From assembly GCA_964580585.1 (NCBI GenBank), contig CAZOKZ010000001.1, positions 119,893-183,892 on the forward strand: a stretch of 64,000 nucleotides of DNA. The letters run 5' to 3'. The number at the start of each line of letters is the position of its first letter. Within the stretch, counting starts at the first letter, position 1. The notes beneath the pieces were generated by a model. That model did not search any database. It was not told the DNA's origin and worked only from the letters and a program-made list of their open reading frames with translations. The stretch is from an uncultured Candidatus Sumerlaeota bacterium. Lineage in GTDB: Bacteria; Sumerlaeota; Sumerlaeia; SLMS01; JAHLLQ01. Shown here in pieces: positions 9,243-17,590 of the stretch. The translations under genes and the position numbers were made by a program.

Positions 9243-10286
9243 ATGAGTCAGATCGAGATCGTGGCGCGATCAGAAGCGCAGGCATTGGAAAAAGCAGCAT
9301 TAGCCCTAAAATTATCTGTCGATGACATCCATGTAATTGAAGAGTACGAACCGGATGAACTCGATATTGAGAACCTCGACAAGGAAGAAGCAAACAATCC
9401 CACACTGAAAACCGTTGAGGGAGAAGCCACTCTTTACATCGTCAAAGTTAGCCAGAAGAAGCTTATAGAAGAGATTCGCACGTGGGTTCAAGGAATGGTC
9501 GAACTCTTTCAGCCCGGCAGCACGTGTACGGTTAAGCCACGCGGTGAAGGATTTCTGGCTATTATCGAAGCCGAAGACCCTTCGATCTTCATCGGCAAGC
9601 AAGGCCAAACGCTTCAGGCGCTTCAACACGTCGTGTCGCGCGTCTTACCCACGAAGTTGGAAAACTGTCCGCCGGTTCATTTGGATGTGGGCGATTACCG
9701 CGACAAACGATTGGCACAACTGGAGCGCATTGCGGAAAATTCCGTCCAGCGCGCCTTGCGCACCCGGCGTAACGTCGAATTGCGTCCCATGTCGTCTCAA
9801 GACCGCAAATACATCCACAACTACCTGAAAAATTACCCGGAAATCACGACCCAAAGTTTTGGAAATGAACCGCATCGCTACCTGGTGATCGAGGTCCCCG
9901 GTGGTCAGCGCCAACGCGGAGGCGGCGGCGGTGGTCGTCGTGGCGGCGGAAAGCCCAACCAGCGCGGCAGCGGTGGACGTCAAGGTGGCGGAAATCGCCA
10001 ACGCGGTGGTGGCGGTGGAAATAAAGACCACCAACGCTCTTCGGGTGGAGGAAGAGGCGGCGAGCGTTATCAGCAGCGTTCGGACGCCGCCCTGTTGGAC
10101 AATCGCCCGAATGGAGGATCACAACAACGGTCAGGCGGCTCACATCAGCCACCTCCCCCTTCGTTCGATGATTACCAGGACATCAATATCGAGGAACGTG
10201 TCTCTCGTTTGCCAGTTTACAATGAGAAAACCGTGGATGATTCGGTGTTTGACCCCGAACGGCCCATGGTGGACGAGTTGGAATAA
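9243..10286 (+). CDS. jag: Jag/KhpB-type RNA-binding protein (Jag_N, KH, R3H) with a Gly/Arg-rich tail
   Basis: Lies immediately downstream of yidC, the conserved yidC-jag pairing. KH-like region IFIGKQGQTLQALQHV. R3H-type region LRPMSSQDRKYIHNYL. Start set to the ATG at 9243 (MSQIEIV); the ORF track begins at a GTG at 9201. Confidence 0.8.
   Translation: MSQIEIVARSEAQALEKAALALKLSVDDIHVIEEYEPDELDIENLDKEEANNPTLKTVEGEATLYIVKVSQKKLIEEIRTWVQGMVELFQPGSTCTVKPRGEGFLAIIEAEDPSIFIGKQGQTLQALQHVVSRVLPTKLENCPPVHLDVGDYRDKRLAQLERIAENSVQRALRTRRNVELRPMSSQDRKYIHNYLKNYPEITTQSFGNEPHRYLVIEVPGGQRQRGGGGGGRRGGGKPNQRGSGGRQGGGNRQRGGGGGNKDHQRSSGGGRGGERYQQRSDAALLDNRPNGGSQQRSGGSHQPPPPSFDDYQDINIEERVSRLPVYNEKTVDDSVFDPERPMVDELE
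9900..10080 (+). repeat. Low-complexity RGG/GGQ tract inside jag
   Basis: Translates to GGQRQRGGGGGGRRGGGKPNQRGSGGRQGGGNRQRGGGGGNKDHQRSSGGGRGGERYQQR. Confidence 0.85.
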
Positions 10287-10394
10287 GGATTGCACCTATT
10301 TCTCCCGGAAGTAGGAATTACGGGGAATTCATCCGTAGGCCCCCGCATAATGATGCTTTGGAGGGGATAAACCTTTCAGACTTGAGGCACTGAC

Positions 10395-11360
10395 ATGCAC
10401 GGAAAAATTTATAACAATATCACCGAAACGATTGGAAACACTCCGCTTATTCAGTTAAATCGCGTGACCGGTAACGCACCTGCTACCGTTGCGTTGAAAT
10501 GCGAGTTCTTCAATCCGCTCTCTTCCGTGAAAGACCGTATCGGTTTGGCAATGATCGAGGCCGCGGAAGCAGATGGCCGCCTGAAACCAGGAATGACGGT
10601 AATTGAACCGACTTCTGGAAACACAGGGATTGCATTGGCTTTCGTCTGCGCGGCCAAAGGCTATCGCCTTATGCTGACGATGCCGGAAACGATGAGTGTT
10701 GAGCGCCGTATCCTTCTGCGCATGTTGGGCGCGGAAGTCGTTCTGACACCCGGTGGTGAAGGCATGCCGGGCGCGATTCGACGAGCAGAAGAGCTCAAAA
10801 CGTCCATGGGCGGCGACAGTGTTTATATCCCCCAGCAATTCGATAATCCCGCCAACCCGGAAGTTCATCGTCGGACAACCGCAGAGGAAATCTGGCGCGA
10901 CACCGAGGGTAAAGTGGATATCTTTGTCGCAGGCGTGGGTACGGGCGGCACCATAACCGGCACGTCCGAGGTTCTCAAGAAGTACAACTCAAACGTCAAA
11001 GCCATCGCCGTAGAGCCAACCGGTTCGCCTGTTATTTCCGGTGGCCAGCCTGGTCCTCATAAAATTCAGGGCATTGGCGCCGGATTCATTCCGCAAAACC
11101 TGAAGACAGAAATTCTCGACGAAGTCATTCAAGTCACCAACGAAGAGGCCTTTGAAATGGCGCGCCGGATCACGCTGGAAGAAGGTATTCCCGCCGGGAT
11201 TTCGACAGGTGCCAATGTTACAGCGGCGATTCGGGTGGCTCAACGCCCCGAAAACGCGGGCAAACTGATCGTCGTGGTTGCACCGTCGGCAACGGAACGT
11301 TATCTTTCCACGCCGTTGACCGAAGACGCTCGTCGTGCTGAGCTTGAAGGCGGAGCCTGA
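10395..11360 (+). CDS. cysK: Cysteine synthase A (O-acetylserine sulfhydrylase)
   Basis: PLP-lysine motif [20 protein letters not shown], and the [10 protein letters not shown] phosphate loop. Length 321 aa. Confidence 0.93.
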   Translation: MHGKIYNNITETIGNTPLIQLNRVTGNAPATVALKCEFFNPLSSVKDRIGLAMIEAAEADGRLKPGMTVIEPTSGNTGIALAFVCAAKGYRLMLTMPETMSVERRILLRMLGAEVVLTPGGEGMPGAIRRAEELKTSMGGDSVYIPQQFDNPANPEVHRRTTAEEIWRDTEGKVDIFVAGVGTGGTITGTSEVLKKYNSNVKAIAVEPTGSPVISGGQPGPHKIQGIGAGFIPQNLKTEILDEVIQVTNEEAFEMARRITLEEGIPAGISTGANVTAAIRVAQRPENAGKLIVVVAPSATERYLSTPLTEDARRAELEGGA

Positions 11361-11388
11361 GAAAACCCTCTAGTAGAATAGTTCTTTC

Positions 11389-11424
11389 AAATCCGGGCGC
11401 ATGCTTGCGTCCGGATTTTTTTCT
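11389..11424 (+). terminator. Rho-independent terminator after cysK
   Basis: 13-bp stem AAATCCGGGCGCA / TGCGTCCGGATTT with one G-U pair, loop TGCT, followed by a T-run (TTTTTTT). Confidence 0.7.
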
Positions 11425-11473
11425 GCCCATGCTCTTGAAGCTGCTTAACCTGAAAAGACAAGAACACTGACCC

Positions 11474-12613
11474 ATGGGGCTCAACCAACTCAAAATCGAA
11501 CGCTTTCGTCTGATACAGGATACAGAGATCGACCTGGCTCCGGGGATTAACTTGTTCGTGGGGTCCAATGCTCAGGGGAAAACAACGATTTTGGAAGCAA
11601 TCGGGTATATGGCAACAGGACGCAGCTTCCGTACATCGCGCGATCAGGAATGTATCAGTTGGTTTGCCGAAGAGGACCTGCGTTTTGCAGCGATTTCGGG
11701 AACATTCAATCGCCATCAAACGACGCACCAATTGCGTTTGGCTCTTCAGCATCGCGCGAAATCGGTTTGGTTGGATGGCAAAGCCCTGCGGACATTGACC
11801 AGCTTGTGGGGGTTGATGCCAGTCGTTTTTTTTGCTCCGGCGGACTTGACGTTATTGCAAGGTCCTCCCGCCCAGCGGCGCACACTTTTCGACACGTTGA
11901 TTGGACAAACAAACCCGGCATACTTGCCGGTTTTGGGAGCAATGAACAAAGCGTTGGCAAATCGCAATTCACTTTTAAAGCGTCGGATCTCCCCCACCGA
12001 TCCACAATATCGTTCTTTCGAGCAACCTTTGGCTGAATCCATGGCCCAAGTGATCCGCGCGCGAAGCGAAATAGCCTCCGAATTGGCCACTTTGGCGCAA
12101 TCCATGTTGCAGGAATTGACTCACGAACAGGAAAAACTGGCAATTTTGTACCTGCCTGGATTTGTGGCAGGGGCAGAAATTACTCCCGAGCTAATCGCAA
12201 TGGGAACGCAAGCCGTATCCGAACGTTTGTTGGATTGGTGGGAAGGAACTCGTGCAACCGATCTGGAACGCGGAATGACGCGCGACGGAGCCCATCGCGA
12301 TGAGTTTGCTTTTCAAATCAACGAAGCCGATGTGCGTTCATTCGCCAGCCAAGGACAGACTCGTTCGTGTGTTCTTGCACTGAGATTAGCAGAGTTAGCC
12401 TATATCGAGGCACATAATGGCGAAAAGCCAGTGCTGCTGTTGGATGATGTGTTAGGAGAGTTGGACCGCACTCGGGCAGAACAATTTCTGGCCATCCTGA
12501 ACCGCAAGAACGTACAGGCACTTATCACCGCGACCGATGCAACAGGCCTGGAAGAAGCGCTTTCGGTTCAAAAACGGTTTCATGTTCAGGCGGGCGAGGT
12601 ACTGGCAGATTAA
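11474..12613 (+). CDS. recF: DNA replication and repair protein RecF
   Basis: Walker A GSNAQGKTTILEAI, RecF signature SQGQTRS, and Walker B VLLLDDVLGELD. Confidence 0.92.
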   Translation: MGLNQLKIERFRLIQDTEIDLAPGINLFVGSNAQGKTTILEAIGYMATGRSFRTSRDQECISWFAEEDLRFAAISGTFNRHQTTHQLRLALQHRAKSVWLDGKALRTLTSLWGLMPVVFFAPADLTLLQGPPAQRRTLFDTLIGQTNPAYLPVLGAMNKALANRNSLLKRRISPTDPQYRSFEQPLAESMAQVIRARSEIASELATLAQSMLQELTHEQEKLAILYLPGFVAGAEITPELIAMGTQAVSERLLDWWEGTRATDLERGMTRDGAHRDEFAFQINEADVRSFASQGQTRSCVLALRLAELAYIEAHNGEKPVLLLDDVLGELDRTRAEQFLAILNRKNVQALITATDATGLEEALSVQKRFHVQAGEVLAD

Positions 12614-12785
12614 AAAACTGTTCGACAAACCATCCTGTATGCGTGATAGAATACGCGCTGGAAAACCGATCCAATGAGTTTGCGAGTAAAAATTTTCTTG
12701 CCTGCGGGGCTATCTGGCGGGAATAAGTTTTGCAGTTCAAATCGGGCGCTTGGAGAGGTAAACTTAAGGAGATGCACACTATCCA

Positions 12786-14954
12786 GTGGTGACAAGAGCT
12801 GACAACGGACCAACAAAACCAGGGGGAAGTATCGAGGTTCTGCCGGCAGGGATTTTGACGGAGACGACCTCGAACCGGTTACACCCAATCCAGGTGGAAT
12901 TTTCGTATCCCATCGGGTCGCGAATCAATATGGACTCAACACTTCCTTTGGACCTCTTTGAAGAGGACCCGGAAGAGTTGATCGATCAGTTTTCTTCGCC
13001 CAAGGAATATGAAGAACGTCTGGCGCCGTTATCTGCGCAGTTCAACCAGGAGCAGATGACGGGGAAAAATCCGACGGAACTTCAAGTCAAGTTCATCCGC
13101 CGACTGGCTAAACGACTTGAGACAGTCGCGGGTGTGCTGGAGCGCGCAAATAAGGAAAATTTCGGAGAAAAAGGTCCGGTCTCATTTGTTGGGCTGGGGA
13201 TCGATCCCGCCACAATCGTCCGCATCATCGACCTGGACTACGAAACAGCGGACAATGTGTACAGCCACATCGCCAAGTTGTGGGACGAAGGGCATGTGAC
13301 TCCGATTGTGACGACGCCGTTTCATACGTTGATGCCATTGTATCAACAGGACTTTGAAATCCGGTTGCTGGTGCGTATTGCCTTCGAGTTTTATTGGCCC
13401 GTATTGAAAAAATACAACCGGTCGGTCGCCAACATAACGGGTGAAAAATATTTTATGTGTGTGTTCTGGCTGCCCGAGGGAGCTTTCTCGAAGAAGGTAC
13501 TCCAGATCGTGCACGAAGAGTTTACCAAACTGTGCGAGGCGGATAAGATTTCGCCATTCCACTTGGTATTATTGCTCGACACGGAACAATCGAACGAGCG
13601 CGAAAACGATTTGCTGATGAAACGATGGAACACGCTGCGTCCAGCGCCTACGACGCGCGATATCGTTTCGATTATCTACAAGGAACGCCTGTTTTCCGAC
13701 TGGGTGATCCAGGGACATCCTTCGACCAAGAAACAACTGGATCGCACGATTGCCAAAGTCGATGCAGTCTTACGCGATCAGAACATCGATCACCTGTGGT
13801 CTCATTTCGAGCCGTTGATGACATTGATGTCCACGTTTAAGTCGTGTGTGAATTTTGAACAGAAGCTCATTAAATTGACAGAATTGGGCTATCAACCTTG
13901 CGGACCCGATGTGTTTGTACGGCGCAAGTTACTCAACCTGTACGGTATGGAAGAAAACGAACCGCGCCGAACGACCTTGAAAGAAATGACGTGCTGGAAT
14001 TCGTATTCCGACGCACCGGGATCGCTTGTGCTCTTCCGTGGCGTGGAGGAAACCGGCGGATTTCAATCCCGTACGTTCCTGGGCGATGACCGGCATTATT
14101 CGCGACGCATGACCGATGGGACGAAACGCAAAGCGCGTGGCAACCCATGCTGGAAACCGGCGTTGATGGCGGCATTGCGCAATGTACATCGCGCAGTTGT
14201 CGGCGAACCGAAAACATTCATGGGTGGAATGTTGGGGATGCTGCGTCAGATCGTTCCAATTCGACGTGTGCCTGTGATGATGCGGAATATTGAAGAGTTC
14301 CTGATTCGCTACTCACGGATTTTCTGGAAAGAACACTTTATTCATCATGTGTACAGCGAAGCGGACATTCGCCTCGACGAATTTGCCCGCGAATGCCTGC
14401 TGGCGAATTTGCCCGACGATGCCGAACGTACCGAGCTGACCGAGGAAGAAATTCTGACGGCCGGAACGGCAGCCGAGGCTATTTATCACGCGCACGAGGG
14501 ATTGAATTCGACGACTTTCGCATGGGAACACATGGACCACCGCGCAACGTATCATAATGTCACGATGATGACGTTGGCAGTTGTTCACGCCATGTATGTG
14601 TATCATTGGAATGACATGAAGGAAGAAGCGGACAAGTTGTTCGAGGTGTTCCGTACCGAGTTGTTGGATTTCCGCAACGCCTATAAACGCCACGAAATCG
14701 AAAAGCTTGGCGTGGAAGAAAAAATGTGGCGGGCAACGATCAAGTCGCAGGTTATGGATTCCGACTTGAACGTCGTAGAGCGCGCCGCACGTCGCGTAGC
14801 CGCGATTCACTTGCGTCCACTTGGTTATCGCGATTCACTTGACCGCAAGGATCAGTTCATCTCGACTTCTGTGGGCCATATTTGGTCCTACGAACTCGAC
14901 CATTTGAACTTCAAGTTCGAGAATGAAAACTTCTGTGGTTTGCCTGAAGAGTAA
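12786..14954 (+). CDS. Conserved hypothetical protein, distantly GH57-like
   Basis: 722-aa ORF with protein-like composition. VTPIVTTPFHTLMPLY (nt 13311-13343) resembles the GH57 (T)P(Y/F)YHPI(L)PL motif. CVFWLPEGAFS (nt 13464-13490) resembles the GH57 WLPE nucleophile region. The start is uncertain: GTG 12786 lies 14 nt after an AAGGAG, and ATG 12930 is an alternative. Confidence 0.45.
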   Translation: MVTRADNGPTKPGGSIEVLPAGILTETTSNRLHPIQVEFSYPIGSRINMDSTLPLDLFEEDPEELIDQFSSPKEYEERLAPLSAQFNQEQMTGKNPTELQVKFIRRLAKRLETVAGVLERANKENFGEKGPVSFVGLGIDPATIVRIIDLDYETADNVYSHIAKLWDEGHVTPIVTTPFHTLMPLYQQDFEIRLLVRIAFEFYWPVLKKYNRSVANITGEKYFMCVFWLPEGAFSKKVLQIVHEEFTKLCEADKISPFHLVLLLDTEQSNERENDLLMKRWNTLRPAPTTRDIVSIIYKERLFSDWVIQGHPSTKKQLDRTIAKVDAVLRDQNIDHLWSHFEPLMTLMSTFKSCVNFEQKLIKLTELGYQPCGPDVFVRRKLLNLYGMEENEPRRTTLKEMTCWNSYSDAPGSLVLFRGVEETGGFQSRTFLGDDRHYSRRMTDGTKRKARGNPCWKPALMAALRNVHRAVVGEPKTFMGGMLGMLRQIVPIRRVPVMMRNIEEFLIRYSRIFWKEHFIHHVYSEADIRLDEFARECLLANLPDDAERTELTEEEILTAGTAAEAIYHAHEGLNSTTFAWEHMDHRATYHNVTMMTLAVVHAMYVYHWNDMKEEADKLFEVFRTELLDFRNAYKRHEIEKLGVEEKMWRATIKSQVMDSDLNVVERAARRVAAIHLRPLGYRDSLDRKDQFISTSVGHIWSYELDHLNFKFENENFCGLPEE

Positions 14955-15039
14955 CTGTGTTGAGTTTTACGTGATACGAGACGCTTGAGCGTGGGGCGCA
15001 ACTCCGTCCCTCTTTCAAACAGGAGCCAACATTTCACCC

Positions 15040-15285
15040 ATGGACTCAACGCCGACGGTGGAACAACTTGAGGAACGGGTGAAGGATATCCTGGAGCAGG
15101 TAAAGCCCTACTTGCAGTCCGAAGGTTGCGACTGTGCGTTGGATCGTATTGAAAATAACGTGGTTTATGTCCATATTTTCGGTCCCAGCGTGGGAAGTGC
15201 CTCCTCTATCATGACATTGAAACTGGGCATCGAACGTCGCATCCTGGAAGAGTTGTCCGAAATCTCTTCCGTCGAAGCTGTCTGA
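15040..15285 (+). CDS. NifU C-terminal-domain-like protein (Nfu type) with a non-canonical cysteine arrangement
   Basis: 81 aa. The pattern V..IL..V.PYLQSEG...L......V.V...G......S..TLK.GIE..L.E follows the Nfu/NifU_C consensus. The canonical GxCxGC site reads GPSVGSASS, and a CDC pair appears earlier. Confidence 0.65.
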   Translation: MDSTPTVEQLEERVKDILEQVKPYLQSEGCDCALDRIENNVVYVHIFGPSVGSASSIMTLKLGIERRILEELSEISSVEAV

Positions 15286-15289
15286 CCAA

Positions 15290-16090
15290 GTGATCGATCT
15301 TCACAACCATACCCCTTATTGTCATCACGCCATTGGCGATCCGGCTGAATATGTGGAACGCGCGCGCGCGATGGGAATGCGCGAATATGGTTTCGCGGAA
15401 CATTCTCCATGGATGCATCAGTATGCAGGCGAGCAAATCGCCCCCTCCAATGATGAATTCGACGAATATCTCGACGTAATCGAAGCGTTGCGGGATCGGG
15501 AAAACGGGCGCGGTGAAATGAATCTGCGCATTGGAATCGAAGTCGATTTCATCCCCGAAAAAACGAGTCTCGCCACCGACTTTTTGAACGCCTATCCATT
15601 TGATTTTTGCATCGGCTCAATTCACAATATCGGCGATTGGATTTTCGACCACCCGGATCATCTGGATCGCTGGAATTCGGTAAATGTGCGCGAGGTGTAT
15701 GAGACGTATTTTGCACTGATGAGGCAGATGATCGAATGGGATGAAATCGATATTATCGCTCATCTCGATCTGCCGAAAAAATTCGGTCATCGTCCTGAAG
15801 AAGGCTACATCGATTTGGTCCGCGACCTAATTCCCGCGGTTAAAAAATCGGGTCTGGTGGTGGAAGTCAATACAGCGGGTCTGGATAAACCAGTCGGGGA
15901 ATTTTACCCCTCGGACGAAATTGTTCAATTGTTGGTAGAAGAAAATATCCCGCTCACGATCAGCAGCGACGCACACAAACCCGAACAAGTCGGTGCGCAT
16001 CACAAAAGGGCGATCAAGCTCTTGAAAAAACTTGGCGTGCAGGAACTCTACACGTTCGATAAACGTCATCGACTGGCGTTACCGCTTTGA
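15290..16090 (+). CDS. PHP-family histidinol phosphatase (HisJ/HisK type)
   Basis: GTG start. N-terminal IDLHNHTPYCHHA (H-x-H metal site), later GSIHNI and SSDAH, all typical of PHP histidinol phosphatases. Length 266 aa. Confidence 0.72.
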   Translation: MIDLHNHTPYCHHAIGDPAEYVERARAMGMREYGFAEHSPWMHQYAGEQIAPSNDEFDEYLDVIEALRDRENGRGEMNLRIGIEVDFIPEKTSLATDFLNAYPFDFCIGSIHNIGDWIFDHPDHLDRWNSVNVREVYETYFALMRQMIEWDEIDIIAHLDLPKKFGHRPEEGYIDLVRDLIPAVKKSGLVVEVNTAGLDKPVGEFYPSDEIVQLLVEENIPLTISSDAHKPEQVGAHHKRAIKLLKKLGVQELYTFDKRHRLALPL

Positions 16091-16114
16091 GCTTTCCACT
16101 TCCCGTTCATCCGA

Positions 16115-17467
16115 TTATTTGCTGACGGTCACCGCAGCGTTTTCGGTACTCTCTTCGGATTTAATACCAGCAGAGAGGCTGACGAAACGATTTCGCAAGG
16201 TGCGAGCATCAGCATGAAAATCACGGGCTTCCGTTCCCATGTAAAGTTGATCGCTACCGCTGAGTTGAGTGTTCAATACCACGCCAAGTATTTCCAGCGC
16301 TCCCTCGTAATCTTCTTTTCGTTCCAATGACTGCGCCAGTTGCAAACGAGCGAGGGACGATTCACCAGGATAAATTTCGGCATAACGTGAGAGGAATAAT
16401 TGGGCGAGTTCTTCCACGCGTGCCCAGTCCCCTTCCCACGCGAATGTTTGCAGATTCACAAGTTCCATTTTACAAAGCAACCGTTGCTCGGAAACCGGTG
16501 TGGCGTCATAGGCTTCGCGTAGATGCGAGCGAATCGATCCCCAGGAAGGACGCGGCGATTCTGGCCCTGAAGCAAGTTCAACTTCGAGTGCAATCATACG
16601 CAATTGGTCGCGTGATTTTCCTGCGATCGAGCGATCGGCGTCGTGTAGCAATGCATTACTGGCCGCCCAGGCACCGCGCCAGTCACGACGATAACCGTAC
16701 AGCAAATCGGCGACGATTTCTGCACATCGTAAACGCTCAACGGAGGAGCCTTTCCACACGTTGCGAGCTACGTTCCCTGCAAGGTAAAGGCAAGTCTCAG
16801 GTTCCTCGTGTTGCGTCATTAAAAAGTCCGCAAGAAACGTTGCCGAGGCTGCTTTGATATCGGGAGATTCGTTCGCGTTCAATCGGTTGAGATGAAACTG
16901 TAACTCATCGCCGCTCTCTCCGCCAACGAGAGAAGACATGCTTTCCAGGCGAGCGTTGATTCTCTCCCAGGTCATGTTTTTGCTGTCTTGGGTTTCAACA
17001 ACGGCAAAAGCAGGCAACGTCGGTCCTTCGATTTCGGTAGGAACACTTTGAGTTCCGCGTGGAAGGATAACGATTTTTTCGACGGAAAGTTTTTGGACAT
17101 CCAATTCTTCGGCAATGTATGCTGCATCGGCAAAACGTGAAAAATTCCCGAGCATCACACTGGAACTGCCATCCTGAGTCACAACACGGACGGGCTTCCA
17201 ATCCAAGTTCCGCATCGTGCTGGCTACGCCTTCGGCGAGGGTACTGGAAGGAAAGCTGACCATTTGAACCGCGTAACGAATCGGTTGGTCCTCGATGTCG
17301 CCAGATTTCCAAATCGCTGCCGAGTTTTTCTGTACCTGAGTAGTGGCAGTTTTTGCGACTGGCTGCGCAAGTGATGTTGCAGGAAAAATTCCCAACGAAA
17401 GTAATAAGGTCCAAGTGGCCAGACGTTTCAACGGCGTGCTCCTCACGAAAGCGTTGTTTCTGGTCAA
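16115..17467 (-). CDS. Secreted SPOR-domain protein with a helical (TPR-like) C-terminal region
   Basis: Signal peptide ending TSLAQP. IRYAVQMVSFPSSTLAEGVASTMRNLDWKPVRVVTQDGSSSVMLGNFSRFADAAYIAEEL fits the SPOR beta-alpha-beta-beta pattern. Confidence 0.5.
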   Translation of the reverse strand: MTRNNAFVRSTPLKRLATWTLLLSLGIFPATSLAQPVAKTATTQVQKNSAAIWKSGDIEDQPIRYAVQMVSFPSSTLAEGVASTMRNLDWKPVRVVTQDGSSSVMLGNFSRFADAAYIAEELDVQKLSVEKIVILPRGTQSVPTEIEGPTLPAFAVVETQDSKNMTWERINARLESMSSLVGGESGDELQFHLNRLNANESPDIKAASATFLADFLMTQHEEPETCLYLAGNVARNVWKGSSVERLRCAEIVADLLYGYRRDWRGAWAASNALLHDADRSIAGKSRDQLRMIALEVELASGPESPRPSWGSIRSHLREAYDATPVSEQRLLCKMELVNLQTFAWEGDWARVEELAQLFLSRYAEIYPGESSLARLQLAQSLERKEDYEGALEILGVVLNTQLSGSDQLYMGTEARDFHADARTLRNRFVSLSAGIKSEESTENAAVTVSK

Positions 17468-17528
17468 CTTAAGGACACCCGTGGGGAGAAACCCAAGGCG
17501 AAAATTGTGGAAAGCGAATTTCCAGGGC

Positions 17529-17564
17529 GAAAAAGAATGGGGCGACTTCGTCAGAAGCCGCCCC
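17529..17564 (-). terminator. Rho-independent terminator after the metalloprotease gene
   Basis: On the minus strand, stem GGGGCGGCTTC / GAAGTCGCCCC with one mismatch and loop TGAC, followed by ATTCTTTTT. Confidence 0.6.
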
Positions 17565-17590
17565 GTGTCGAACGTGATTGATTACTGTGC

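Noticed and set aside
12766-12792. A strong AAGGAG followed immediately by ATG, giving a 6-codon mini-ORF (MHTIQW) upstream of the 722-aa gene, considered as a possible leader peptide.
   Set aside because: There is no spacer between the SD and the ATG, which is unfavourable. No associated alternative hairpins are evident. The SD more plausibly serves the GTG at 12786.
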